Shown here: one piece after another, positions 8,333 to 18,605 of the stretch
How the letters are laid out: every line of letters begins with the position of its first letter
Position numbering within the stretch: position 1 is the first letter of the stretch
Assembly: GCA_026983855.1 (NCBI GenBank)
Contig: JALSTE010000019.1
Location: 1 to 25,076, forward strand
Origin: Acidimicrobiia bacterium
GTDB lineage: Bacteria; Actinomycetota; Acidimicrobiia; Acidimicrobiales; Poriferisodalaceae
Length of the DNA: 25,076 bases
Reading direction: 5' to 3'
The notes under the pieces: generated by a model
Databases searched by the model: none
Told to the model about the DNA's origin: nothing
Seen by the model: the letters and a program-made list of their open reading frames with translations, nothing else
Position numbers and translations under genes: made by a program

Positions 8333-9847
8333 ATGAGTACAGCCAACGACAGCCCCGAGGACACGGGAAACCACCCGGGGAACAAGCTCTACGAACGCCC
8401 CACCTGGGTGGGCAGCGACCGGCGAATGGCCCGCTACGTGGCCCGGCCGGTGCTGAACTTCATCCACCTCGAGGTGGCCAGCGGGGTCCTGCTGCTGGCG
8501 GCCACGGCCGCCGCCCTGATCTGGGCCAACTCCCCGTGGGGCCACACCTACCACGAGTTCTGGGGATCGGTCTTCGAACTCAGGGTGGGATCCTGGAAGC
8601 TGGAGATGAACCTCGAGGAGTTCGTCAACGATGCCCTCATGGCCCTGTTCTTCTTCGTGGTCGGACTGGAGATCAAGCGTGAGCGGGTCACCGGCGAACT
8701 GAAGGACACCCGTACGGCGGCCCTGCCGGCCCTGGCCGCCCTGGGGGGGATGATCGTCCCGGCCGTCATCTACTTCAGCTTCAACGCCGGAGGTCCCGGG
8801 GCGGGGGGCTGGGGCATCCCGATGGCCACCGACATCGCCTTCGCCGTGGGGGTGGTGGCCCTCCTCGGCTCGCGGGTGTCCCCCCGTCTGAAGTTGTTCC
8901 TGTTGACCCTGGCGATAGTGGACGACATCGGCGCCATCGCGGTGATCGCCATCTTCTACAGCGATGGCCTGGACTTCGTGTGGTTGGGCGTGGCGGCCGC
9001 CGCCCTGCTGCTGACCCGGTATCTGACCAGGTCGGGTGTGTGGGCCACCGCCATCTACGCCGTGATCGGTGTGGTCGCCTGGTACGCCATGTTCCGATCG
9101 GGCGTGCACGCCACCATCGCCGGGGTGAGTCTGGGGCTCCTGGCCCCGGCCAAGCCCCTGCTGAGCCGGGAGCAGGCCGAGGACCTGGCCGACGAGCTGC
9201 CCGAGGACCCCGAGCCCGAGGAGATCCGCCACATGGCGTTTCTCCTGCGGGAGCGGATCCCGGTGGGTCAGCGCCTGGAGACCCTGCTGCACCCATTCAC
9301 CAGCTTCATCATCATCCCCATCTTCGCTCTGGCCAACGCCGGTATAGAGCTCAGTGGGTCGGCCTTCTCCGACGCCATCTCCTCACCGGTCACCCACGGT
9401 GTGGTCCTGGGTCTGGTCGTGGGCAAGCCCGTGGGTATCACCCTGTTCAGCTTCATCGGGACCCGCTTGGGACTGCGTCTGCCCAAGGGGGTCACCTGGC
9501 TGCAGTTCATCGGCATGGGGGCGGCGGCCGGTATCGGTTTCACCGTGTCCATCTTCGTGACCGGGTTGGCGTTCCCCGACAGCATCGTCAACCAGGACGA
9601 GGCCAAGATCGGGATCCTGGCCGCCTCCTTCATCGCCTCGTTGATCGGCATGGCCATGCTGTCCCGCAAGGACGTTCCACCGGGGGTCACCGAGTTCGAT
9701 GACGAGGAGCCGGCGGGGACCCCGGTTCCAGCGGCGGCATCGGGTGGTCGTCAAGCCGTGCCCCAGCCCGACGGACCACCTTCGGCTCCCCGGGACATCG
9801 CCGATTCGGAGAGGGTCGGTCCCCCGAACATGGCCCCCAAGGTCTGA
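8333..9847 (+). CDS. nhaA: Na+/H+ antiporter NhaA
   Basis: Motifs VNDALMALFFFVVGLEIKRE, GWGIPMATDIAFA, LAIVDDIGAI (catalytic DD), SGVHATIAG, VGKPVGI and GIGFTVSIF. A GAGGA SD precedes ATG 8333. Pro/Ala-rich C-terminal tail. Confidence 0.95.
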   Translation: MSTANDSPEDTGNHPGNKLYERPTWVGSDRRMARYVARPVLNFIHLEVASGVLLLAATAAALIWANSPWGHTYHEFWGSVFELRVGSWKLEMNLEEFVNDALMALFFFVVGLEIKRERVTGELKDTRTAALPALAALGGMIVPAVIYFSFNAGGPGAGGWGIPMATDIAFAVGVVALLGSRVSPRLKLFLLTLAIVDDIGAIAVIAIFYSDGLDFVWLGVAAAALLLTRYLTRSGVWATAIYAVIGVVAWYAMFRSGVHATIAGVSLGLLAPAKPLLSREQAEDLADELPEDPEPEEIRHMAFLLRERIPVGQRLETLLHPFTSFIIIPIFALANAGIELSGSAFSDAISSPVTHGVVLGLVVGKPVGITLFSFIGTRLGLRLPKGVTWLQFIGMGAAAGIGFTVSIFVTGLAFPDSIVNQDEAKIGILAASFIASLIGMAMLSRKDVPPGVTEFDDEEPAGTPVPAAASGGRQAVPQPDGPPSAPRDIADSERVGPPNMAPKV

Positions 9848-9869
9848 CCGAGCCCCTCGGGTAGTCGGT

Positions 9870-9917
9870 GAGAATCCCGAAGGCCGACCCCACCGGGGTC
9901 GGCCTTCAGGGGTTTTC
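9870..9917. terminator. Probable bidirectional intrinsic terminator between convergent nhaA and acyl-CoA dehydrogenase
   Basis: Perfect 13-bp stem GAAGGCCGACCCC (9879-9891) / GGGGTCGGCCTTC (9895-9907), extendable by GAGAATCCC / GGGGTTTTC with G-U pairs. Confidence 0.8.
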
Positions 9918-9950
9918 GGTCGGCACCGTGACGGAACACGCCCTCGGGGT

Positions 9951-9995
9951 CCGGTTCAGGTCACACCGGCTCAGGTCACATCGGCTCAGGTCATA
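9951..9995. repeat. Three tandem 15-bp imperfect repeats spanning the acyl-CoA dehydrogenase stop codon
   Basis: CCGGTTCAGGTCACA / CCGGCTCAGGTCACA / TCGGCTCAGGTCATA. Confidence 0.85.
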
Positions 9996-11215
9996 CGGAA
10001 GTCGGGATCGTGTTTCTTGATCTCCCGGCGGGCGATGGTCATCTTGTGCACCTCGTCGGGACCGTCGGCCAACCTCAGGGTGCGTTGGTGGGCGTACATG
10101 TTGGCCAGGGGCGTGTCCTGGGAGACCCCCATGGCCCCGTGCACCTGGATGGCCCGGTCGAGGACCTTGAGCGAGAGGTTCGGCGCCGCCACCTTGATGG
10201 CGGATATCTCGGTGGCCGCACCACGGTTGCCGACCGTGTCCATCATGTACGCGGCCTTCAGGCACAGCAGCCGCACCTGGTCGATCTCGATGCGGGCCTC
10301 GGCGATCCAGTTCTGGATGACACCCTGCTGGGCCACCGTCTTGCCGAAGGGTTCGCGGACCAGGGCCCGGTCGATCATCAGACCCAGGGCCCTCTCGGCC
10401 ACCCCGATCGAGCGCATGCAGTGGTGGATCCGTCCCGGACCGAGGCGGGCCTGGGACATGGCGAAACCCCCGCCCTCCTCTCCCAGTAGATAGTCCACCG
10501 GGACCCGGCAGTCGGTGAAGCGGACCTCGGGGTGACCACCGCGGTCCTCGTACCCGAACACCTTCATGGTGCGGACGATCTCCACCCCCGGGTGGTCCCT
10601 GGGCACGAGGATCATCGACTGCTGACGGTGGCGACTGGCCTCGGGATCGGTCTTGCCCATCACGATGAACACCTTGCAGCGCTCGCCCTCGGCCCCGGAG
10701 ATGAACCACTTGCGACCGTTGATGACGTACTCGTCGCCCTCGCGCACCATCGAGGTCTGGATGTTGGTGGCGTCGGAGCTGGCCACGTCGGGTTCGGTCA
10801 TGGCGAACGAAGAGCGGATCTCGCTCTCCAGGAGTGGGTACAGCCATCTCTCCTTCTGCTCGGGGGTGCCGAACAGGTGCAGGAGCTCCATGTTCCCCGT
10901 GTCGGGGGCCGCACAGTTGAACACCTCCGAGGCGAAGGACACCTTGCCCAGTTCCTCGGCCACGTAGGCGTAGTCGACGTTACTGAGACGGGTTCCCGGC
11001 TCATCGGGATTCAGGTGGGGCAGGAACATGTTCCACAGGCCCTTCTCGTGGGCCTTGGCCTTCAACTCCTCGAGTATGGGGGGGAAGGCGTGGGGGCTCC
11101 CCGCCTCGCGGAGCTGGTCCCTGAAGGTGTCCTCGTTGGGGTAGATGTGCTCGGCCATGAACTCCCGGACCTGTTCCAGGAGGGCCTGTCCTTCCGGGCT
11201 CGGGCTGAGTTCCAT
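9986..11215 (-). CDS. Acyl-CoA dehydrogenase (ACAD10/11-like FadE family)
   Basis: 409 aa from MELSPSPEG (ATG 11215, SD AGGGGGA). Motifs [54 protein letters not shown] and [10 protein letters not shown]. Confidence 0.93.
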   Translation of the reverse strand: MELSPSPEGQALLEQVREFMAEHIYPNEDTFRDQLREAGSPHAFPPILEELKAKAHEKGLWNMFLPHLNPDEPGTRLSNVDYAYVAEELGKVSFASEVFNCAAPDTGNMELLHLFGTPEQKERWLYPLLESEIRSSFAMTEPDVASSDATNIQTSMVREGDEYVINGRKWFISGAEGERCKVFIVMGKTDPEASRHRQQSMILVPRDHPGVEIVRTMKVFGYEDRGGHPEVRFTDCRVPVDYLLGEEGGGFAMSQARLGPGRIHHCMRSIGVAERALGLMIDRALVREPFGKTVAQQGVIQNWIAEARIEIDQVRLLCLKAAYMMDTVGNRGAATEISAIKVAAPNLSLKVLDRAIQVHGAMGVSQDTPLANMYAHQRTLRLADGPDEVHKMTIARREIKKHDPDFRMT

Positions 11216-11325
11216 GTGATTCCCCCTGTGGTGGACGAGGACTGTTCCCTGGTCGGTCAACCTAGCCCCGTCCCCCGTTCGGGCACCAAGTTCGGGTGGG
11301 CGTCACCGGTCCGCGGCGGTCAGGG

Positions 11326-11355
11326 TTGAACCACGGTGGGTGGGGGGCGTAGCTT
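11326..11355 (+). promoter_or_regulatory. Putative housekeeping-sigma promoter of hppA
   Basis: TTGAAC (11326-11331), N18, TAGCTT (11350-11355). The predicted TSS is about 11361-11362. Confidence 0.6.
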
Positions 11356-11360
11356 TGCTG

Positions 11361-11424
11361 GGTCCCGGTGCCCCACCGCAGTAGGTCGCGCCCCGGGACC
11401 CCACCGCCGTCCGGTGGGTTCTTC
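11361..11424 (+). promoter_or_regulatory. Structured 5' leader of hppA (candidate riboswitch/attenuator)
   Basis: Stem GGTCCCGG (11361-11368) / CCGGGACC (11393-11400), followed by hairpin CCCACCG (11400-11406) / CGGTGGG (11412-11418) and TTCTTC. A second CCCACCG (11372-11378) sits in the first loop. Confidence 0.4.
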
Positions 11425-11443
11425 ACCGTCAAGAGAGGATCCC

Positions 11444-13555
<2,112 letters not shown>

Positions 13556-13577
13556 GCCCGGAACCGAACCTCACCCG

Positions 13578-13606
13578 GAGGGGTCGGGCCCACGGTCCGG
13601 CCCCTC
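13578..13606 (+). terminator. Hairpin downstream of hppA (probable terminator)
   Basis: GAGGGGTCGGG...TCCGGCCCCTC stem with G-U pairs, 22 nt after the stop. The U-tract is weak. Confidence 0.5.
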
Positions 13607-13755
13607 GCCGCGTTTGACGTGGCCGGGGAGGCGATCATCCCGAGGTCCGCGGGCATCGGGTCGGGGTTCGGCGGTGGGCCGCGGTGCTCCGGCGTGGCAG
13701 GCTGATCGGGCCGGACCCCGATTGGGGTACACGAGCGGACGCCGAAGGGGGAGAG

Positions 13756-14565
13756 ATGAGTGGTTTCGATCCAGGGGGTGCCCGGGTGCTGGTCACCGGG
13801 GCCTCCCGGGGTATCGGTGAGGCCATCGCCAGGGAGTTCGCCGCCGGCGGCTCCGAGGTGGTGCTGGCCGCCCGGTCCGAGGACCGGATCGGGGAACTGG
13901 CCCGGGAACTGGGAGGACACGCCTTTCCCCTCGACGTGTCCGATCCCGATCGGCTGTCGGGTTTCGTCGACAGGGTGGAGGCGCAGGTGGGCCCGCTCGA
14001 CGTGTTGGTGAACAACGCCGGGGTGGAGTCCAGCCACTACCTGGAGAGGACCGACGAGAGCGAGATCTCGCGCATCGTGGCCATCAACCTGGTGGCGCCC
14101 ATGAGGCTGTCCCGCCAGGTCCTGCCCGGGATGGTCGACCGTGGGCGGGGTCGAATCGTGAACATCTCCTCCCTGGCGGCCATGACGCCGACCCCGGGGC
14201 TGGTTGTCTACGGGGCGACCAAGGCCGGACTCACCCAGTTCTCCGACGGTCTGCGCTTCGAGCTGAAGGGCTCGGGGGTGGGGGTCACCGTCGCCCACCT
14301 GGGTCCAATCGACACCGAGATGTGGGACAAGGTCGTGGACATCAAGGGTCTCGACGCCGCCCAGGCCCGCCTGCGGCGCATGGGGTTGCTGGTCACGGTG
14401 AGCCCGTCGAAGGTGGCCCGGGACGTGGTGAGGGCGGTGAGGGACGGCCGGCGCGAGATCCGGCATCCGAAGCGGCTGTGGTCGAACATGGCCCTGGCCG
14501 CCTCTCCCAAGAGGATCACCGAGGCCCTGCTCGCCGGGTTCGATCCCCGCCCCTACGTCGATTGA
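13756..14565 (+). CDS. Short-chain dehydrogenase/reductase (classical SDR)
   Basis: 269 aa from ATG 13756 (SD GGGGGAG). TGASRGIG, LVNNAG, IVNISS and YGATK (YxxxK) motifs. Confidence 0.93.
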   Translation: MSGFDPGGARVLVTGASRGIGEAIAREFAAGGSEVVLAARSEDRIGELARELGGHAFPLDVSDPDRLSGFVDRVEAQVGPLDVLVNNAGVESSHYLERTDESEISRIVAINLVAPMRLSRQVLPGMVDRGRGRIVNISSLAAMTPTPGLVVYGATKAGLTQFSDGLRFELKGSGVGVTVAHLGPIDTEMWDKVVDIKGLDAAQARLRRMGLLVTVSPSKVARDVVRAVRDGRREIRHPKRLWSNMALAASPKRITEALLAGFDPRPYVD

Positions 14566-14631
14566 GATCACCCGGGTCGGATCGAGGTCACCGATCCCCC
14601 GGGGCCCGACCAGACTCCTGATTCCGTCGGT

Positions 14632-14736
14632 GAAACACGCCCGAAACGCTCACGTGACCCTCCCGTCTTCCCCGGGGGGCAGGAAACAGACTCGTCACAT
14701 TCAGGGAACGGCGGCGACACCTGGATTTCCTAGTTT
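14632..14736 (+). promoter_or_regulatory. Two GlnR-type box arrays and a -10 element upstream of amtB
   Basis: GAAAC-n6-GAAAC-n6-GTGAC (14632-14658) and GAAAC-n6-GTCAC-n6-GGAAC-n6-GACAC (14683-14720). The 11-bp period fits the actinomycete GlnR consensus gTnAc-n6-GaAAc. A -10 TAGTTT lies at 14731-14736. Confidence 0.72.
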
Positions 14737-14801
14737 CACCATCACGGGACCGCGGTCGACCCATCGGCCGGTACACGAGGCGGTTCGGAGAGGGAGAATC
14801 A

Positions 14802-16232
14802 GTGAGACACGGGATCGCACGGAAACTGATGGTGGCCATCCTGGCCACGGTCACGGCGGTGTTCATATTCGCCAACCCCGTAGGGGCGCAGACCGCCGAC
14901 ACCCAGTACGTCCTGGACAACCTGTGGGTGTTCACGGCCGGGGTGCTGGTCTTCTTCATGCAGGCCGGGTTCGCGCTGGTCGAGGCGGGAATGACCCGGG
15001 CCAAGAACGTGTCCAACATCATGGCCAAGAACATCGCCGACGCCGGGGTCGGGATCCTGGCCTTCTGGGCGGTCGGTTTCGCCTTCGCCTACGGCGGCGA
15101 CCACTGGTTGATCGGCACCAGCCGGTTCTTCCTGTCGGGGGAGAGTCTCTTCGGGTTCACCCAGGGGCTGAGCCCGGCCACGGAGTTCTTCTTCCAGTCG
15201 GTGTTCGCCGCCACCGCGGTCACCATCGCCTCGGGGGCCATGGCCGAGAGAACCAAGTTCTCCTCCTACATAGCGTTCAGCCTGCTGATGACCGCCGTGA
15301 TCTACCCGGTGGCGGTCCACTGGACCTGGGGCGGGGGGCTGGTGTCCCGCATCAACATCATGGGGGCGACGTACTCGGACTTCGCCGGCTCCTCGGTGGT
15401 GCACGGTGTGGGCGGCATGGCGGCCCTGGTGGGGGCCTGGAAGCTCGGTCCCCGGATCGGTCGGTACAACGAGGACGGCTCGGTCAACGAGATACCGGGG
15501 CATTCGATGGCCCTGGCCGTGCTGGGTGTGTTCATCCTGTGGTTCGGCTGGTTCGGGTTCAACCCGGGTTCGGAGCTGGCCGCCGATGACTTCGTGGTGT
15601 TCGTGGCTGTGAACACCCTCCTGGCCGCCTGTGCCGGGATGGTCGCCGCCACCGCCCTCAACTGGTACCGGACCGGTGTTCCCAGTATCGCCATGGCCGC
15701 CAACGGCACCCTGGCCGGCCTGGTGGCGATAACCGCCGGGGCCGGAACCGTGAACACCTTCGGGGCGGTCAGCATCGGATTCCTCGCCGGACTCCTGGTG
15801 GTGCTGGCCATCGCCTTCTTCGACCGCATCCGCATCGACGATCCGGTCAGCGCCATCTCCGTCCACGGTGTGTGCGGAGCGTGGGGAACGCTGGCCATCG
15901 GTCTGTTCGCCCGCTACGACGACGCCTTCCTGGGTCGGGACAACGCCGGGCTCTTCTACGGGGGAGGGGTGGCCCAGCTCATCGTTCAGGCCCTGGTCGT
16001 GCTGATCCTGTTCAGCTTCGCCGCCGGCGCCTCATGGGTGGTGTTCACCGCCATCGACCGTCTGATGGGGCTGAGGGTTCCCGCCGAGGACGAGGTCATC
16101 GGTCTGGACATAACCGAGCACGGTGGTCCCGGCTATTCCCTCGACCAGACCGTCCTGGGACTGGGGGCCCCGGCCACCACCGTGGCCACGACGATCAGCC
16201 TGGAGACCCAGGAGACGCTCACCGTCACCTGA
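14802..16232 (+). CDS. amtB: Ammonium transporter (Amt family) with predicted N-terminal signal peptide
   Basis: FFMQAGFALVEAG, FFFQSVFAATAVTIASGAMAERT, DFAGSSVVHGVGG, WFGWFGFNPGS and DDPVSAISVHG motifs (twin-His pore). SD GGAGAGGGAG. Confidence 0.95.
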   Translation: MRHGIARKLMVAILATVTAVFIFANPVGAQTADTQYVLDNLWVFTAGVLVFFMQAGFALVEAGMTRAKNVSNIMAKNIADAGVGILAFWAVGFAFAYGGDHWLIGTSRFFLSGESLFGFTQGLSPATEFFFQSVFAATAVTIASGAMAERTKFSSYIAFSLLMTAVIYPVAVHWTWGGGLVSRINIMGATYSDFAGSSVVHGVGGMAALVGAWKLGPRIGRYNEDGSVNEIPGHSMALAVLGVFILWFGWFGFNPGSELAADDFVVFVAVNTLLAACAGMVAATALNWYRTGVPSIAMAANGTLAGLVAITAGAGTVNTFGAVSIGFLAGLLVVLAIAFFDRIRIDDPVSAISVHGVCGAWGTLAIGLFARYDDAFLGRDNAGLFYGGGVAQLIVQALVVLILFSFAAGASWVVFTAIDRLMGLRVPAEDEVIGLDITEHGGPGYSLDQTVLGLGAPATTVATTISLETQETLTVT

Positions 16233-16255
16233 GGCCAGGAGTACCTATCGAGTCG

Positions 16256-16294
16256 GCCCGGGACCCGGAGAATTCCGGGTCCCGGGCGGTTTTC
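16256..16294 (+). terminator. Intrinsic terminator after amtB
   Basis: Perfect 14-bp stem GCCCGGGACCCGGA (16256-16269) / TCCGGGTCCCGGGC (16274-16287), loop GAAT, followed by GGTTTTC. Confidence 0.85.
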
Positions 16295-16352
16295 GGATTT
16301 GAACCGGTTCGCGGCTCTGCCCGGGGGGTGGGGAAGGAGTTGGACTCCCGGG

Positions 16353-16379
16353 GCGCGACCCGACCCCAGTTCGTGCGTA
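16353..16379 (+). promoter_or_regulatory. Candidate ECF-dependent (autoregulatory) promoter
   Basis: GCGCGACC-N13-TGCGTA. The same motif and spacing occur upstream of asp23. SD GAGGTGA and ATG 16397 follow. Confidence 0.6.
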
Positions 16380-16396
16380 CATGGATGAGGTGACTC

Positions 16397-16996
16397 ATGA
16401 ATGACGCTCGTCCAGAGGGGACCTCCAATATCACGGCCAGCCCGGATCGGGAAGAGCAGTCCTCGGTTGTCGGTGGCGCGGACTCCGTATCGGAGACCGC
16501 GGCTTCGGACCGGCGGCTGGAAGATCTGATCGCCCTGCACGGTCGTGCTCTGTACCGCTTGGCCCTGGCCATAACCCGCAGCAACGCGTTGGCCGAGGAG
16601 GTGGTGCAGGAGACTCTGCTCGTGGCGTGGAGGTCCATGCCGCCGATGGATCTTCAGGGTGAGACCCGATGGATCAGGCGCGTGGCCCGGAATCGTGCCA
16701 TATCGGTGGTTAGGCACGAATCCCATTCGGTGACATCCAGCGACTGGGAGTTCCTCGTAGCCGGTGGCCCCGACACGGAGAGGGTCGTGGAGGGTCGGCA
16801 TCTACTGTCGAGGATGCTGGAGGCTCTAGCGGATCTGGACGAGACGGCTAGGGCGATGCTCATTCTGCGTGAGACGGAGGAGTTGACCTACGTGGAGTTG
16901 GCCGATCTGTTCGGACTGACCGCCTCGGCGGTGAAGGCTCGTCTGTACCGGGCTCGCCACCAGCTCAAGACGACTCTGAGGGACTGGGAGGTCTGA
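16397..16996 (+). CDS. ECF (group 4) RNA polymerase sigma factor
   Basis: Region 2 (LYRLALAITRSNALAEEVVQETLLVAW...WIRRVARNRAIS) and region 4 (LADLDETARAMLILRETEELTYVELADLFGLTASAVKARLYRAR). Confidence 0.93.
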   Translation: MNDARPEGTSNITASPDREEQSSVVGGADSVSETAASDRRLEDLIALHGRALYRLALAITRSNALAEEVVQETLLVAWRSMPPMDLQGETRWIRRVARNRAISVVRHESHSVTSSDWEFLVAGGPDTERVVEGRHLLSRMLEALADLDETARAMLILRETEELTYVELADLFGLTASAVKARLYRARHQLKTTLRDWEV

Positions 16997-17373
16997 TGAG
17001 AATCCCAAGGATGAGAATCTCCGACCGCACACTGCGCAGATGGCTCCGGACCGGCCGTCCCCGCAGGGTGACCCAGCGGCTGGAGGCGGACGAGTCGGTG
17101 GTCAGCCGTCTGGAGGCACTCAGCCGTTTAGCGCCTGGTCAGACGACCACCCTTTCGCGGTTGACCACTCCGGCTCCGGAGTTCGAGACGAGGGTGCGGG
17201 AGCAGGTTCTGTACCTGGAGGCCAAGTCGGGTGTGTCCTCCATTCTCGTCGATCTGGTGGCCCTGGGGATCCATGTGGGTCGTACTCTGGCTCCCGGCGA
17301 GGGCAGCCGCCGTGGTTTCGCCGCTGGTGCCGGGTCCATCGCCTCGGAGACGTCGGAAGAGCGGTCTGAGTGA
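16996..17373 (+). CDS. Small hypothetical protein translationally coupled to the ECF sigma (candidate anti-sigma); start 16996 or 17011
   Basis: TGATG stop/start overlap, 125 aa. No HxxxCxxC motif. One short hydrophobic stretch (GVSSILVDLVALGIHVG). Confidence 0.65.
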   Translation: MRIPRMRISDRTLRRWLRTGRPRRVTQRLEADESVVSRLEALSRLAPGQTTTLSRLTTPAPEFETRVREQVLYLEAKSGVSSILVDLVALGIHVGRTLAPGEGSRRGFAAGAGSIASETSEERSE

Positions 17374-17504
17374 TGATGCGGCGTGGGGTGAGCCGGGTGG
17401 TCGGTGGCGCTTGGAGAGTGATTCGGGAGTCGTCGGGCCATGACCGTGGCGGTGCGGACCGGGGGAATCGAGAACGGCGTCGGGAGATTGATTCCTGAGA
17501 AGCT

Positions 17505-17531
17505 GCGCGACCACGGGCGACGCCATGCGTT
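17505..17531 (+). promoter_or_regulatory. Candidate ECF-dependent promoter of the asp23 operon
   Basis: GCGCGACC-N13-TGCGTT, matching 16353-16379. SD GGGAGGT and ATG 17578 follow. Confidence 0.6.
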
Positions 17532-17577
17532 GTTGGGATGAACCTGATCGAGGCAGACCCACACCGGGAGGTGTCCA

Positions 17578-18006
17578 ATGACCACGGCGACCGATGATCA
17601 CACGCCGATTCAGACCCATGCTCCAGCTGGGCTGACCCTGCAGACCGACAAGGGAATCACCACGATCTCCGACGCCGTGGTGGCGAAACTGGCGGGACAC
17701 GCCTGCCGGGAGGTCGAGGGGGTGGCCTCATTGGGCAAGACCTTCAGAAGGCTCCTGGGTAGAGTTCGCCCGGGTGAGGAGTCACTCACCCAGGGGGTGA
17801 ATGTCGAGGTGGGTCGCAAGGAGGCAGCGGTGGATGTGGTGCTCGTGGTCCGGTACGGGTTCTCGATTCCGACATTGGCCCAAGAGGTACGCGAGAACGT
17901 GATCGCTACGGTTGAAGCGGCCACGGGCCTGATCGTCAAGGAGGTCAACATAGAGGTCGACGATCTGGAGTTCGACTCAGAACGGTCCACCAGCAGAGTC
18001 GAATAG
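17578..18006 (+). CDS. Asp23/Gls24 family envelope stress response protein
   Basis: GITTISDAVVAKLAGHACREVEGV...GVNVEVGRKEAAVDVVLVVRYGFSIPTLAQEVRENVIATVEAATGLIVKEVNIEVDDL is typical of the family. Confidence 0.93.
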   Translation: MTTATDDHTPIQTHAPAGLTLQTDKGITTISDAVVAKLAGHACREVEGVASLGKTFRRLLGRVRPGEESLTQGVNVEVGRKEAAVDVVLVVRYGFSIPTLAQEVRENVIATVEAATGLIVKEVNIEVDDLEFDSERSTSRVE

Positions 18007-18008
18007 GA

Positions 18009-18605
18009 GTGCTGTGCTCAGCCCGCCGCCGGCTCGCACCTCTGATGTCGATTGCGGCCGGGGTGTTGGCGCCGCTGCTGGCGATCGGCCTCGGCGCGTT
18101 CCTCATTGCCCTTTCCGCCAACTATCTGGCTCAGTCGATGGGGGGAGCCGGCCCCGTGGGACCGGAAGGCATCGAAGTGGTGGTGGACCGGTTGCGGCGG
18201 GGATGGACAGAGGGTGCGGAGGTACTGGTGGGGCTCGCTCTCCTTCTGACGGGGTTGGTCGTGACCGTGGCGGTCCTGGTGAACCGCCCGGGTGCTTCCC
18301 CGCGGTGTCTGAATCTGACCGCGACCAGATCTGACGTCCTTGCGCTCGGTGTGGAGCTGGCCAGCATGGAGGCCATGCTTGCTCACCGGGCGGCCAGTGA
18401 GGCCGGGGTTGTGCGGGCCCGGGTGAGGATCGGAGGACGGGGACGGATGGCGGTGCGTGCGGTCGTCGATCGGCCTGCGGATCCAGCTCTGGTCGAGGTT
18501 CTCACCGTGAGCCTGGAGAGGCTGTGCGGGGAGATGGGACTCCCCTGCGGAGTGGCACGGGTGGAGATCATCGAGCGGGGGCGGGAGCGGGGGAGGGTGA
18601 GGTGA
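18009..18605 (+). CDS. Two-TM membrane protein with C-terminal alpha/beta domain (DUF6286/AmaP-like); start uncertain (18009 or 18045)
   Basis: Two hydrophobic helices, then ...EAGVVRARVRIG...AVRAVV..., the architecture seen for genes following Asp23. Its stop overlaps the next start (GTGA). Confidence 0.6.
   Translation: MLCSARRRLAPLMSIAAGVLAPLLAIGLGAFLIALSANYLAQSMGGAGPVGPEGIEVVVDRLRRGWTEGAEVLVGLALLLTGLVVTVAVLVNRPGASPRCLNLTATRSDVLALGVELASMEAMLAHRAASEAGVVRARVRIGGRGRMAVRAVVDRPADPALVEVLTVSLERLCGEMGLPCGVARVEIIERGRERGRVR

Noticed and set aside
11366-11391. GCGCGACC on the minus strand as a third ECF promoter copy (for the acyl-CoA dehydrogenase)
   Set aside because: The position 13 nt downstream reads CACCG rather than TGCGT, so the -10 element is missing.
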